A stretch of 64,000 nt of DNA from a virus. The notes beneath the pieces were generated by a model. That model was not told where the DNA came from, did not search any database, and was given only the letters and a program-made list of their open reading frames with translations. Below are positions 1 to 10,387 of this stretch, piece by piece (the first letter of the stretch is position 1; the number at the start of each line of letters is the position of its first letter). Both the position numbers and the translations under genes were made by a program. The stretch is from the IMG/VR virus record IMGVR_UViG_3300045988_179622; one strand, 5' to 3'.

Positions 1-901
1 CTCTCCATAGGCGTAAATTCCTGACTAACGAATCAGTACATACCTATCTATCTATCTATTTATCTTTATCAACTTAAACTGAAAGTATTATTTTTCTACT
101 TATTTTTTATAGCTTTTTATAAGATTTTTTCAACTGTTTTATTCCCCTTACTTTAATTTTCTGCTTGCTCCAGTTATCTTTATAAAAGGCTTTTCTATTA
201 AAATCGAAGGAAGATATATTTCCATATTTTGATTCCTTAATACAATTATTTTCTCTTAATTCTTGAATTGCGTTTTCTATTTCTACTCTTGAATTTGAAT
301 TGGTTTTTTCATTTTTGACCTCTCCTAACTTTCCTTACGAATTAAATTCAATTTACTTTACCTTACTGGATAACCAAAACTTTTAAACTATTAAACATTA
401 TTATTACTATTACTATTACTATTATCATCACTATAGAAAAGAGAAGAATAACAGTTAAACTATTAGAAAAATGCTTTTCTTCGGTTTCTTTTTCTATCCC
501 TTAAGTAATAAATGTCCCCCATTTTTCCTTATTTTTATCTTTATTCTTACCTTTAAAAAACAAAAAAAGAAGAAGTCCTGTATTACCATACAACTTATCT
601 TCTCACATATACATACATAAAAATACCGTATAGTGTAATTTTGTGTTGTATAGTACAGCATAGAACTTCTTCTTATTCTCGTTACTTTCACTTTTTCAAT
701 TTTTCAATTTACTTCTTTTATTTATTTGGTGTTGACTAAGATTTCCCCTCTTAGTAGGTTCTACTATACCCTTATCATTTAAGTTATAGTTATATTTATA
801 CAGTACGGGTCATATGACATTGAACACCCACAATATCAAGCAAATAAACTATCTAATCTACTAAGTTATTTGCTCTGTATGTTTTTTACTATTCCTTTGA
901 A

Positions 902-974
902 CAGGGCTAATCGGATTCGAACCGATGTAATGCAGGAGTCAAATTCCTGTGCCTTTCCACTTGGCGATAGCCCT
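902..974 (-). tRNA. tRNA-Gln (anticodon UUG)
   Basis: Reverse complement folds as a cloverleaf: acceptor AGGGCTA/TAGCCCT, anticodon stem CAGGA/TCCTG, loop ATTTGAC, T-loop TTCGAAT, discriminator G. Confidence 0.8.
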
Positions 975-1109
975 TTAATTATTTTATTTTGGTGTGCTTA
1001 TTACATCCTTTTTTAGTTGTTACCTATTTATTTAAGCATTTAATTAAGCACACCCTATATGTATATGTATGTATGTATTACTAATCCAAACTAGATACCT
1101 ATAAAGAAC

Positions 1110-1310
1110 TTAAATAGTTAGATTGTATTCCTCTATAATTTCATCTAATGTTCTATATGAATACCTACTTAAATTTTGAGTTACTACATTATAAATTACA
1201 TACTTGTATCTATGTCTACCATCTCTGCGTGTTTGTGTTACAGAAATGTAACTACCACCATTGCGAGTCTTGTTCTCTAATGCTCTCTTTACTTTTTCAA
1301 ACTTTGTCAT
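1110..1310 (-). CDS. small hypothetical protein (66 aa)
   Basis: ORF on the consensus coding strand. No recognisable motif. Confidence 0.3.
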   Translation of the reverse strand: MTKFEKVKRALENKTRNGGSYISVTQTRRDGRHRYKYVIYNVVTQNLSRYSYRTLDEIIEEYNLTI

Positions 1311-1548
1311 TTATGCTTAATCACATCCTCTTTCTTTATTTTATTGTCCTTTGTTTTACACCATATATATATAACACTTGCAAAACTCTAAAGTATGTAA
1401 GAAGGAAACAATTATTTCTACTTATACATCTTTAAATCCTCTGATGAACATACATATTTATTTATCTATGAAGGTCAATATTTAACTTATTAATTCTTGT
1501 AAACTTATGAAAAATCAATATGAAGTTGTCTTTTGTTTCTTTCTTACA

Positions 1549-1572
1549 CCCCTTAAGTATCGTATGCCCCCC
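1549..1572 (-). promoter_or_regulatory. example of the recurrent 21-bp motif CTTAAGT-N5-ATGYCCCCC
   Basis: One of about 17 same-orientation intergenic copies (listed in the findings). G/C pentamers stand out in this AT-rich DNA. Confidence 0.5.
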
Positions 1573-1733
1573 TCTTTTTACTCTGCTTTCTAGCTTGTCC
1601 GACTATTTTTAAGTGCATATAAACTAACTTTACTACTAGAAATATACTATTATATATATACTCAAATATAAAGGTGGTTTTAATTCTACTATCTATCTAA
1701 TTTTTTCTGATTTCCTTCTTTATTATTTAGTTA

Positions 1734-2504
1734 TTAATCAATCAGGCTCTTTCTTAATTTCATATAGTCTTCATACCTAGCATTTAATAACTCTATAATG
1801 AACCTTTTGCGTTCTTCACTTAGTTCTTTTGGAAGTTCCCTTACAAACTGGGCTATTTCTTTTCTATAATCTACTATGACAGGTAATTTATCTGCCAATA
1901 AACTTAATTGTCTATCCCAATCTATACTAAATGGCTTACACTTCAGTATTTTTGTTATTTTCTCTGTATATCGTGTAGGGACTGTTTTAGTGCTTAACAA
2001 AGCTGCTCCAAAGTCAAACAATGGGGCTAGTTCTAATTCCATTGTATTAGTGTTCTGAAATAATGCTAAATTTCCTAAATGCCTATCAGTATCTAGTGTT
2101 AGATATACTAACATTAAGGCTTCTTCTAAATACTTTTCTTTCTTTATACTACATAGCCAACTATAAATTTCTTTTGAATTTAACTCTGTTACCGAAAAAT
2201 AACCCTGTAATCCTAATTGCACAAAATCCACTAACTCATAATTATATTTATTAAAATCTGTACTCTCACACCCTATATATTTCTTTTGATTGTCCACATT
2301 CACAATACATAATTTATACTCACACACATTAAATCCAAGTAAACTACCTAATTTAGAAACAATTACTTCTGAATAGCTTTCATATCCATTTATTGATGTT
2401 GATAGCTTTATATATTTGTTTCCTAGCCTCCACTTTGGTACAGCTCCTGCTATTGACGGTGTATCTTTTAACATTTCTGCACTACTTACTATGTATTCAT
2501 TCAT
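1734..2504 (-). CDS. HipA-like Ser/Thr kinase (C-terminal HipA domain)
   Basis: DTDRHLGNLAL catalytic loop (the DRHxxN of HipA_C) and LAPLFDFGAAL (the aPaYDl motif). Confidence 0.55.
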   Translation of the reverse strand: MNEYIVSSAEMLKDTPSIAGAVPKWRLGNKYIKLSTSINGYESYSEVIVSKLGSLLGFNVCEYKLCIVNVDNQKKYIGCESTDFNKYNYELVDFVQLGLQGYFSVTELNSKEIYSWLCSIKKEKYLEEALMLVYLTLDTDRHLGNLALFQNTNTMELELAPLFDFGAALLSTKTVPTRYTEKITKILKCKPFSIDWDRQLSLLADKLPVIVDYRKEIAQFVRELPKELSEERKRFIIELLNARYEDYMKLRKSLID

Positions 2505-2662
2505 ATTTTTTGATTACCTTTCTAAGGATTATTACAAGCGTATTACTTAAATTTTCTACAAGCTAAAATTTGTTACTTTTCGGCTTCTCACTTAATCTCT
2601 CCAATGTTTATTTATTTATTTATTTATTGTATAACAAAACCAAAGGCTGTTAAACCCACCCC

Positions 2663-3004
2663 TTAGTCTTCTATTTCTACCCTATAGCAATCTGTCACGA
2701 CCCGTCCTTTGTTTTTTGTAATTAGAAAATCTCTATCATAGTAATCTATACCGTATATCTCTTTTAAAAGTGGCATTAAACCCACCCTATTTCTAGGCAC
2801 TACTCTCCTATTTAACCAATCTTCTGCTATCATATGTACTCTTTCGGGGTCTTTCCAAAGGTCTTCTCTTAACCTAAATAAACTAGGCTTTGCTCCATTC
2901 TGTACTAAATTCTCCATCGTATACTTTCCATTGTCGTTCAGATAAATATTCCCTACTAATTCATTTGTTAAATCACTATATATCTTATACTTCTTTACTA
3001 TCAA
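2663..3004 (-). CDS. hypothetical protein
   Basis: 113-aa ORF on the consensus strand. Confidence 0.3.
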   Translation of the reverse strand: MIVKKYKIYSDLTNELVGNIYLNDNGKYTMENLVQNGAKPSLFRLREDLWKDPERVHMIAEDWLNRRVVPRNRVGLMPLLKEIYGIDYYDRDFLITKNKGRVVTDCYRVEIED

Positions 3005-3599
3005 CTTAATTTCTTCCTTTCCTATCGCTATTGAAAAACCTATAGACTGATTTTATTTTATTTTATTTTATTTTATTTGTACTCCTTACTACACACTTTT
3101 TATACCTTATATGTCCTTTAACTTAGAAAGCATAAAAATTAAAGAGGCTTAGCTATTTCTTTACCAAACCCCTTCCACCTTATAAACATAAATTTACGAT
3201 ATAAACTAACTATCTAACCTCTACTTACTTCTTCTTTTTTCATAATGCTCAGTACCTCCTTATTATATTACATTTCATTCCCACTCATTTTTGGTTTTCT
3301 TCTCTTTTCCAGTATTTTTGTATACATTTATTGCTTTAATCTATTGATTTTCGCTCTATTTTAACACTTTTTTATTCCTGTAGTATTGTTTATAGTCTCA
3401 TTATCTTTTCTTTAAATTTGACCTAAATTAGAACGATTTATCGGGTTGTTACTCTATTCTTTTATCTTCACACACTATACACTCATAATTTTTTCTAATT
3501 GGTTGTCCCAACAATTTTCTTTCTTTATTTATTTATTACTCGAATCTTCTAAGTTTCTAAACTTTTAAACTTCCAATCACTTTTTACTTTAGTTTTTTT

Positions 3600-4283
3600 C
3601 TAATGTACTATATATTTCTTTGTTACTAATACACAAAGTCCAACACAAAGTGCAAAAAGTACAAAAATTAACATTAGTGTAATCACAATTAAACTTAATA
3701 CGGCTACTGTCTTTCCTGCTCTATTCCAACTATCCTGTACTCGGTTAAATTCCTCAGCATCTCTATACTTGCTTTTGCCGTTTTTCCAAGCCCATACATT
3801 TCCAAACATTCCACATATAATCATCATAAATAAGATTAGTGGTCTATAAAATAAACTTAGCCATATCAACAACGGTATATAACAACTATTACCTAAACCC
3901 CATATCCAAGAAAAACAAAAAGCTCCCCAGTTCCAACCTAAATTTGGTTCATTACCTTTTGCATCTTTTTCTGGGTTCATAATCTTATCAATAAACCTAT
4001 CTATTCTATCTGATAAACTAACTTTCTCTTTGGGTTGTTTCTTTTCCTTTTTAGTTTTAATACTAGTATTGACACCCTCTTTAGGATTAAGTGAACCCGT
4101 TTCTTTTGTTTCTATAGTTGCTGCCTTGGCTTGTGTTACTGTTTCTGTCCTTGCTAGATTTTCAGTATCTATAGTTATATTACTATTACTATTACTATTA
4201 CTATTACTATTACTATTACTGTCAATATTTTTGCAATTAATTGGTTCTTCTGTCATATTAAAGACCCTCCTTTCTATAGTCAA
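3600..4283 (-). CDS. membrane protein with an N-terminal (NS)n low-complexity tract
   Basis: Multiple hydrophobic segments. The NSNSNS tract is coded by an (AATAGT)n microsatellite at 4180-4225. Confidence 0.45.
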   Translation of the reverse strand: MTIERRVFNMTEEPINCKNIDSNSNSNSNSNSNSNITIDTENLARTETVTQAKAATIETKETGSLNPKEGVNTSIKTKKEKKQPKEKVSLSDRIDRFIDKIMNPEKDAKGNEPNLGWNWGAFCFSWIWGLGNSCYIPLLIWLSLFYRPLILFMMIICGMFGNVWAWKNGKSKYRDAEEFNRVQDSWNRAGKTVAVLSLIVITLMLIFVLFALCVGLCVLVTKKYIVH

Positions 4284-4485
4284 CTAATTAACTTAAGTCT
4301 TGAATACAGGTACTTATTCTTTTTAGTTGCAAACTTATGTTTATACTTATTATATTTTGTATGTCCTTTAACTTAGAAAGCATAAAAATTAAAGAGGCTT
4401 AGCTATTTATTTACCAAACCCCTTCCACCTTATAAACATAAATTTATGATATAAACTATCTAACCTCTGCTTACTTCTTCTTTTT

Positions 4486-4782
4486 TCATAATGCTTTCAC
4501 CACCTTATATCCTTTTTCTTTCATTATTATTCTGCATTTACATTCAAATTCAGTTTGTAAGTTTAACCACACTTCTATACTCATACCTAGCACAGTAGAT
4601 AGTTTCTTGGCTATCTCTTTAGACAAATTAGTCTTACCATTGATGAGTTCACCCAATGCTTTAGGCGTAATTTCTAACCTCTTAGCAAATTCTTCTTGGG
4701 TTATTTCCATCTCGTCAATAATCTCACCTATATAATATCCTGGATGAAAGGCTAAAATTTCATTATATTCTTTAATACTCAT
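4486..4782 (-). CDS. XRE/HigA-like helix-turn-helix transcriptional regulator
   Basis: ITQEEFAKRLEITPKALGELINGK matches HTH_3. A strong AGGAGG ribosome-binding site sits 8 nt upstream of the ATG. Confidence 0.6.
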   Translation of the reverse strand: MSIKEYNEILAFHPGYYIGEIIDEMEITQEEFAKRLEITPKALGELINGKTNLSKEIAKKLSTVLGMSIEVWLNLQTEFECKCRIIMKEKGYKVVKAL

Positions 4783-5140
4783 AATGTTTACTTACCTCCT
4801 TCCTGTAATTAATTTAAGTCTTGACTACGGTTACTTATTTTTTTCAGTTGCAAACTTATGTTTATACTTATTATATTTTATATGCCCTTTAACTTTTCTA
4901 CTTACTGTAACTTAAATTAAACCAAAAACATATACACACAGATAAACCAGCTAATAAATAAATAAATAAGGGACAATGTAGTGCATATAAGTGTATTCTC
5001 ATTTAGTTAGTTAATTAATTAACTTTACACACACATAAACACTTTATCATTGTCCCTGTTCATATTCCTTTGAAACTCTATGTATTACTTTACTTTATAT
5101 TTTTTTAACTTTTCTTTTTTATCCTAATCTATCTTATGTT

Positions 5141-5602
5141 TTATTCTTTCCTTACAGCTAGTATTGAACTTTTTGCCAGCTCATCGCTTCGCTCATTTTC
5201 TTCATTCCCTGAGTGCCCTTTAATCCAAATAAACTTTACCTTGTGTAACTCTAATAAAGGTAACAATCTCTCCCACATATCTATATTTAATGCAGGTTTC
5301 TTATTCTTCTTTATCCAATTATTTGATTTCCATTCATTTAGCCAACCTTTATTGACTGTATCTACCACATATTTCGAGTCACTATATATCTGTACTCTAC
5401 TAGGCTTACTCAAAGACGCTAATGATACTATTACAGCTTCTAATTCCATTCTATTGTTTGTCGTTGTCCCTTTAAAAGAACCCCTAATTTCATCTCTAGT
5501 ACCATTATTATTGCTTCCTTTGTAGATAATTACTGCACCATATCCACCAGTCTTATCTACCCTAGAATAAGAGCCATCTGTATAAATATCCACTTTTCTC
5601 AT
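5141..5602 (-). CDS. rnhA: ribonuclease HI
   Basis: IYTDGS, ELEAVI, YSDSKYVV and WIKGHSG..N.RSDELAK motifs of RNase H1. Confidence 0.8.
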   Translation of the reverse strand: MRKVDIYTDGSYSRVDKTGGYGAVIIYKGSNNNGTRDEIRGSFKGTTTNNRMELEAVIVSLASLSKPSRVQIYSDSKYVVDTVNKGWLNEWKSNNWIKKNKKPALNIDMWERLLPLLELHKVKFIWIKGHSGNEENERSDELAKSSILAVRKE

Positions 5603-6108
5603 TTAACCTTTTAAACTGTTTACTTATTTATACTACTTTATGCTACCTTTTTTTCTTTCATATAAAAAGTAAGAAAGAACCTACTTGACAATTTACTTTG
5701 TAGTATCTCTCAATACAACTTAACTGAGAAAAAAATATTATAAAACTTTATACATTATCTATATCAAATAAAAAAGGAGGTGATAAAATCCATTGTCTTT
5801 CGTATTCTTTCTTACGCCCCTTAAGTATCGTATGCCCCCCCCTCTTTTACTACTGTATAAACACAAAAACGAGTGCTAAACAGTTACATTATACTAGAAA
5901 GAATTATTTTTTTAAAAAAAAGAGAGTACCCACTAATTACCTGTGAGCCTCTCTTACTTACTTAGCTTGTTCTTTCTTAACTTATTATTATTTCATCAGC
6001 AATATTTCTAATACTGTTACTATGTAACTTATAAAGATACTTAACTTAATAGAAAGTATTTTCTACTCTATCATACTTTTCTGTATAGATAAGCGTTATC
6101 TACTATAT

Positions 6109-7770
6109 CTATAGCTTTTTTTCTTCGTGGTTTCCCTCTGTAGTATCTTTTGTATTTGTTTCCTTTTCTTCTGAAGTTTCTTTTCTGTCTTCTGATGGTG
6201 TTGGTGTTGCTGTTTCCGTTGTTGTCCTTTTTGAATCCAAATAAGATTGAGCTAATTCATTAAGTTTAGCTGGATTTAGCATATTTTCGTTATTTGTGTT
6301 GTTATTGTTATTTGCTGTGGCTAACTTACCACCTAATAACCCTGTCAATAATGCGTTTACATTAATTCCTGTTGCCTCCTGTACACCACCTGTTACCTGT
6401 GACATAGTATTCACAATATCCTTAATCATCTTAGTATTATTTCCATCGCCATACATTGTGATTTTATCTACCTTAGATAAAGGCTCTGCTACATTCTTTG
6501 CTACCTCTGGTAATGTGTTGAAGTACATTTCAAGAACAGCCGCTTCTGTCATTTTTGCCATAGCCTCTGCTTTCTTCTCTGTTGCTTCTGCTTCTGCTAA
6601 ACCTTTTGCCTTGACTGCTTCTGCTTCAGCTAAACCTTTTGCCTTGACTGCCTCTGCTTCGGCTAAACCTTTTGCCTTGACTGCCTCTGCTTCTTTCGCT
6701 TTTGCGTATAAGTCAGCATCTGCCTGTGCCTTTTTTGCTTCGGCTTCCTGTACTTGCTCGTATTTCTTCGCCTCAGCTTCACGCTGTCGAGTAAACAATA
6801 ATGCTTGTGCTGTCTGTTCTTTTTCGTATCTTTCTGCATCAGCTTTCTTCCTAATTTCAGCATTAAGAGCTTGTTCCTTAACTTCTGCTTCTTTCTGCTT
6901 TAAAATTACTTCCTGCTGTTGCTTTGCAATATCAGCATTTGTCTTCGTAACTTCGATTGTCTTTCTTTGTTCTTCTTTTTGAATTTCATATGCTGCATCA
7001 GCTTCTGCTTTCTTGCTATCTGCTTGTACCTTTAGTTCAGATACCTTTATATCTAGTTCATTCTGCTTTTCTGCAATATCTCTCTGGCTTGATACCTTAG
7101 CTTCATTTGCTTCTCTATTTGCCTCTGCCTGTGCGATTGCAATATCTCTATCACCATTAGCTTTAGCTATCGCAGCCTGTTTTGTAACTTGTACTGCATT
7201 ATCTGTACCTAATGCTTCAATTACACCATTACTATCATAGAAATTCTGTACATTAAATGAAACTAAATCTATACCCATCTTAGCTAAATCAGGTACTGCA
7301 TTTTCGGATACTTGCTGACTAAACTTTTGACGGTCTGAAATCATAGCTGTTAATTCCATCTTACCAATAATTTCTCTCATATTGGCTTCAAGTACACTTT
7401 GACACATCTCTCTTAACTTTTCAGGTTTACAGTTCAAGAAATGTCTCGCAGCTATCTCTAATTTATTTGGGTCTACACTTATCCTTACATTTACTACACC
7501 ATCACATCGAATTGGAATGTAATCTGCTGTTGGAATTTCAGCCTCAGACTTTACATCAATATCAATAAGCTCTAAATGTAAAACATCCTTTTTTTCAAAA
7601 AAAGGTATTCTAAATCCAGCCCTACCTATAAGTACCTTTGGCTTTTTTCTCAACCCTGTGATTATATAAGCTGTATTTGGAGATGCCTTAACATACCCTA
7701 CAACTACAATGAAAGCTAATAAACCTACTATTATTAGTACTAGGCTTAACAATACACCTATACCTACCAT
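6109..7770 (-). CDS. SPFH/Band-7 (flotillin-like) membrane protein with a coiled-coil and AKGLAEAEAV repeats
   Basis: N-terminal TM segment, PHB-domain-like region, a long A/E/K-rich coiled coil with 3x AKGLAEAEAVK, and a T/N-rich tail. Confidence 0.65.
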   Translation of the reverse strand: MVGIGVLLSLVLIIVGLLAFIVVVGYVKASPNTAYIITGLRKKPKVLIGRAGFRIPFFEKKDVLHLELIDIDVKSEAEIPTADYIPIRCDGVVNVRISVDPNKLEIAARHFLNCKPEKLREMCQSVLEANMREIIGKMELTAMISDRQKFSQQVSENAVPDLAKMGIDLVSFNVQNFYDSNGVIEALGTDNAVQVTKQAAIAKANGDRDIAIAQAEANREANEAKVSSQRDIAEKQNELDIKVSELKVQADSKKAEADAAYEIQKEEQRKTIEVTKTNADIAKQQQEVILKQKEAEVKEQALNAEIRKKADAERYEKEQTAQALLFTRQREAEAKKYEQVQEAEAKKAQADADLYAKAKEAEAVKAKGLAEAEAVKAKGLAEAEAVKAKGLAEAEATEKKAEAMAKMTEAAVLEMYFNTLPEVAKNVAEPLSKVDKITMYGDGNNTKMIKDIVNTMSQVTGGVQEATGINVNALLTGLLGGKLATANNNNNTNNENMLNPAKLNELAQSYLDSKRTTTETATPTPSEDRKETSEEKETNTKDTTEGNHEEKKL

Positions 7771-7985
7771 ATACTTTATTTCCTTTCTACTTTTTTCTCT
7801 TTTTTGTTTTTAACTGTTGTCTTCTTATTTTACAAACAAATCTTTCTCTTTTTAACTACCCTTAACTTTAATTACTTATTTGGTGGTTCTCTTGTCCTCT
7901 GCAAAATTTTCTCAATCCTTTCAAGTATATTTCTTCTTATTTATTCGTATATGTATATATGTATACTGTAACCCTTTAAGTTAAA

Positions 7986-8059
7986 TGAACCCCACGAGAC
8001 TCGAACTCGTGACCTATCGCTTAGGAGGCGATTGCTCTATCCTACTGAGCTAGAGGTTC
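7986..8059 (-). tRNA. tRNA-Arg (anticodon CCU)
   Basis: Cloverleaf on the reverse complement: D-stem GCTC/GAGC, anticodon stem ATCGC/GCGAT, loop CTCCTAA, T-loop TTCGAGT, discriminator A. Confidence 0.8.
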
Positions 8060-8560
8060 TTATTGCTTAGCTTAGCCTTGTTCTGACTAAGCTAACTTAT
8101 TTTTACTTTATATGTATAAATTTGAAAACTTTGATTTTTAACTAGTCTATATTGATAATTTCAGTCACTATACCTCACTGACATTAACCTAATAAACAAA
8201 GCTAAACAAAATTCTTAACTTTTTAAGTCATCCATTAAGTGTTGAATGTCCCCCTACCTTATAAACGCATAAACTCATCTAAATACCAGAAATTATATCC
8301 CTTTTTAAAGAAAGCTCTACCGTCTTTGTTGTACTGTATCTTACTCCAAGTCTTCCTACTACTCTTAGCTTCTCCTAATGTTACATATGCTGATAACACC
8401 CTCTCATCTTCAATCTTATATATTACGATTGCTGTTGTATTTGTTAGTCCACAAGATGCTATTGGTTTTAACATATTTTTTCATCACTCCTTTTTATATT
8501 TATAGTAATTAAGTCGGTTAAGTTAATTAGTTAATTCGTCTGTCATATTTTTAATTTAAT

Positions 8561-8845
8561 TTAATTATAGTACACTCTATATATTGCTATTTGAATACTG
8601 TCTTCTACTTCCCAAGCAATTACATAGCAAGACATATCATAGTTTGGACTTTCATCTAATCCTTCACTAAGTTGTGTAGAATATTTAATATCTCTATATT
8701 TGAAGAAGTTATAAACAGCCTGCTCTACTCCTTCCATTGTCTTTAGACTTCCATATCCATCTGTGAATGGTGCTAGTGTCCTATGTAGTCCTCTTTCTAC
8801 ATCCTTGATTTTTGAATTACTATCTTGTTCCATTATCCTCATCAT
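8561..8845 (-). CDS. hypothetical protein
   Basis: 94-aa ORF on the consensus strand. Confidence 0.35.
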   Translation of the reverse strand: MMRIMEQDSNSKIKDVERGLHRTLAPFTDGYGSLKTMEGVEQAVYNFFKYRDIKYSTQLSEGLDESPNYDMSCYVIAWEVEDSIQIAIYRVYYN

Positions 8846-9052
8846 ATTTTTTTATTTCACCTCCTTTACCTTTTTACCTAATCCTTTTCTATTCATATCG
8901 TAGCATATACCTGTATCTTCTTTACTTTAACTTACTAATAAGAAATAACTTACTTACTTGCTTACTTACTTGCTTATTCTCTTTCTTTTCTTTAATTTAA
9001 TCTAATCTCTTTCTCACTACACTTATATTTCCTTATATTCCTTTTAGGTTTT

Positions 9053-9877
9053 TTAATTGAGTGTAGACAGCCTATTTTTTATTATATCTATGTAACTAGG
9101 TTCTTTCTCCACTAATAAACAATTCCTGTTATGTTTCTGACACGCAACCCCCGTTGTCCCACTTCCTGCAAAACAATCTAAAACAAAATCCCCTTCATTA
9201 CTGTGCTTTAGCACTAAATCCTCTATTAATTTTATTGGCTTTTGTGTTTGGTGCTTTGTCCTCTCTTTTCCGTGTACTATAGGTAAATAATATGTGTCAC
9301 AATTTTCTATATTCTTATCTTCTAAACCTAAATCTAAATTTGACATATAAACTTTACTTCCATAAATATCTGAGCTACCATTATTATCATTTTCATTTCC
9401 ATTATCTGGATAGTAATAATTTCCTGTATCATAGCTTGAATTAAATGTTGGCTTACTTTTCTTAACAAAGGTTATAAAGAACTCCTTGCTATTAGTTAAA
9501 TAATTAAGCTTTGAATTTATCGGTACTGGATTTGTTTTATTCCATATCCCTAACCTAGTTTGCTTAAAATGTATTTTCTCTGCACATTCTTTCAATTCTT
9601 GCATTTTCCAAAAATCATAAAATAATATTAATGTGCCTTGTGGCTTTAGTACCCTATAGAACTCTTTTAAAACTATATCTAACCTTATTTGTTCTTTTGT
9701 TGGATTGTCCCAACTTCCAAAGTCTATCGTATGCTTTCCATATTTCTTAATATATTCCTTTTTATCTGGTGCATTGTTTATATACCCACTATTCCTACTA
9801 ATAAAATATGGTGGGTCTGTTAGTATAAGCTCTACACTATTATCTTGTAAACTATTTAAACAGTCTATTGCATCCAT
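9053..9877 (-). CDS. DNA methyltransferase (N6-adenine/N4-cytosine class, DPPY motif)
   Basis: ILTDPPY motif IV and C-terminal CFAGSGTTGVAC motif I (permuted MTase architecture). Confidence 0.75.
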   Translation of the reverse strand: MDAIDCLNSLQDNSVELILTDPPYFISRNSGYINNAPDKKEYIKKYGKHTIDFGSWDNPTKEQIRLDIVLKEFYRVLKPQGTLILFYDFWKMQELKECAEKIHFKQTRLGIWNKTNPVPINSKLNYLTNSKEFFITFVKKSKPTFNSSYDTGNYYYPDNGNENDNNGSSDIYGSKVYMSNLDLGLEDKNIENCDTYYLPIVHGKERTKHQTQKPIKLIEDLVLKHSNEGDFVLDCFAGSGTTGVACQKHNRNCLLVEKEPSYIDIIKNRLSTLN

Positions 9878-9881
9878 TTGT

Positions 9882-10073
9882 CTATATTCTACTATTTCTT
9901 ATACACCTACCTATTGTCCTTTTACCGTCCTCTTTATCTGATTGTAACTTACCTAAAACTTCTAACTCCATTAGCTCTCTTTTATATAAAGAACAATTAT
10001 TCGGACAACATATATCGTTATGATAAGTACAATACTCCCCGTCTAAAGTTGCTAATATACAACTCATACTCAT
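9882..10073 (-). CDS. small Cys-rich protein
   Basis: 63-aa ORF with multiple Cys (CxxxC...CC...C). Confidence 0.3.
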   Translation of the reverse strand: MSMSCILATLDGEYCTYHNDICCPNNCSLYKRELMELEVLGKLQSDKEDGKRTIGRCIRNSRI

Positions 10074-10387
10074 TCCTTCTACCTACTTTCTTTTCAAACC
10101 ATATCCATAACATAACTTAACTTAACTTATATTAAATTAAAATTAACTTAAATTAGCTTAGACTAAATCAAATAAACTACCTAGCTACCTACACTTGCAG
10201 TTTAACTTTTTATCTCTACTACTTAAGTTGTAAATGCCCCCTGCAACACTTCTACCAAATAAATTTATAAATAAAAAAAGAGACTACCTAATACTCTTTG
10301 TGTAGTCTCTAACCTTCAATATTATCTTTTATGTGCTAACTTAATAAATGAATTTATATCCACCTAACCTTATTACTACCAACGACA

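Noticed and set aside
494-691. 65-aa minus ORF overlapping the promoter-like motif at 499-520
   Set aside because: Low-complexity, lies in an otherwise noncoding repeat-rich region, and overlaps the conserved intergenic motif. It is probably not coding.
1561-1572. ATGCCCCCC of the recurrent motif as a start codon (Met-Pro-Pro) of plus-strand micro-genes
   Set aside because: There is no consistent downstream reading frame or ribosome-binding site on the plus strand. All real genes are on the minus strand.
6296-6982. 228-aa plus-strand ORF, plus other plus-strand ORFs (7013-7240, 44818-45456, 45523-45975, 43321-43827, 55584-55991, 23556-23888, 37572-37988, 48546-48902 and others)
   Set aside because: All lie antisense inside strong minus-strand genes. 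They are low-complexity (poly-L/S/F/A) translations of the antisense of repeat-rich coding DNA. The element shows perfect minus-strand bias.
8259-8474. 71-aa minus ORF downstream of tRNA-Arg
   Set aside because: Short, with no ribosome-binding site or motif support, and overlapped by an equally plausible plus ORF. Too weak to call.
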